Assembly: GCA_032718475.1 (NCBI GenBank)
Contig: JAUCBJ010000109.1
Coordinates: 17,592 to 81,591, forward strand
Source of the DNA: Nemertoderma westbladi
Taxonomy: Eukaryota; Animalia; Xenacoelomorpha
Direction of reading: 5' to 3'
Length of the DNA stretch: 64,000 bases
This document shows, one piece after another, positions 63,340 through 64,000 of the stretch. The position numbers and the translations under genes are program-made. Positions within the stretch are counted from its first letter, which is position 1. Each line of letters starts with the position of its first letter. The notes beneath the pieces were generated by a model. It made no database searches. It saw only the letters and a list, made by a program, of their open reading frames with translations, and was not told where the DNA came from.

Positions 63340-64000
63340 TGTCACAGGCGAAAATGTCCCCCCGCGCGGAATGCCCAGGGGGGCATATTCGCCTAGCGCC
63401 AAATGCCCCCCCGGGTCACATAGGCCTAGCGCCATATGGCCCCCTACCGCGCAGAATGCCCCCCGGTGATTTTATGGTTTGAAATAAGGGATTCAATTGT
63501 AATTTCATTACACATTACATTAGGCCTATTTATTACATATCCAGTAAGTATACCAGAATACCATAAACAGTATACAATGATACATAACCATGTACAGTGG
63601 GTGGTATTAATATAAATGTATACTTAAATAGCTGCTCATTAACTTCTGCCACGAACTCACGTCCCTGATCTGACATCACGATCACCGACTCCGCCACCCC
63701 GTAGCGAGTCAACAATTCGTACAGAAATTCCGCAACGCGAGTCTTTTCCAGGAAGAGCCTTGGCTTCGGGCCATTTAGTAAAGTAGTCCATACATGTCAT
63801 TATATACTGTACACATTTCCCTTCAGCGTCAACGGTAGCGGCCCTATTAAATCGATTCCAAACTGAAACTGGAACTGGACGCAATAAAAATGCATCCCTC
63901 TCCAGGGGAAATTCGACGCAAATAACAGCTGATTATTCTCAAAAATAAAACTGTAATCTGTTCCATTGTGCTTAGTTTATTGTTTTGGTTAAAATAACGT
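63340..64000 (-). mobile_element. Ginger1-like DNA transposon end (runs off window)
   Basis: CCGG followed by a TGTCA terminus, GC-rich repeated subterminal motifs and an adjacent Gypsy-like integrase fragment; Ginger1 is known for CCGG/CCGT TSDs. Confidence 0.65.
63621..63884 (-). pseudogene. Frameshifted rve integrase/transposase fragment
   Basis: YIMTCMDYFTKWPEAKALP and TRYGVAESVIVMSDQGREFVAEVNEQLF in two different frames. Confidence 0.8.

Overview
Eukaryotic (metazoan-like) intron-rich DNA, not prokaryotic. Five internal minus-strand exons of CstF-77 (CSTF3/su(f)) lie between 45698 and 34817. A two-exon PICK1 gene (48871-47171) sits upstream on the same strand and is apparently nested in a CstF-77 intron. 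The CstF-77 introns are inflated by two satellites. One is a ~27 kb array of ~550 49-bp units, each a copy of the exon's 3' end plus its 5' splice donor (AAG|GTAAGT). The other is a ~6.4 kb 18-bp array. Two related non-autonomous BEL/Pao LTR elements are present (partial 1-7496; complete 49108-62472 with ACAGT TSD). They encode Gag-protease fused to an RNase H-tail remnant, lack RT and integrase, and carry a decayed 3' accessory ORF preceded by a covarying hairpin. Also present: a hAT MITE, a LINE-tailed insertion with 46-bp monomers, a second MITE-like element and a Ginger1 transposon end. Copy numbers are estimates from length, and family calls rest on motif recognition, not database searches.
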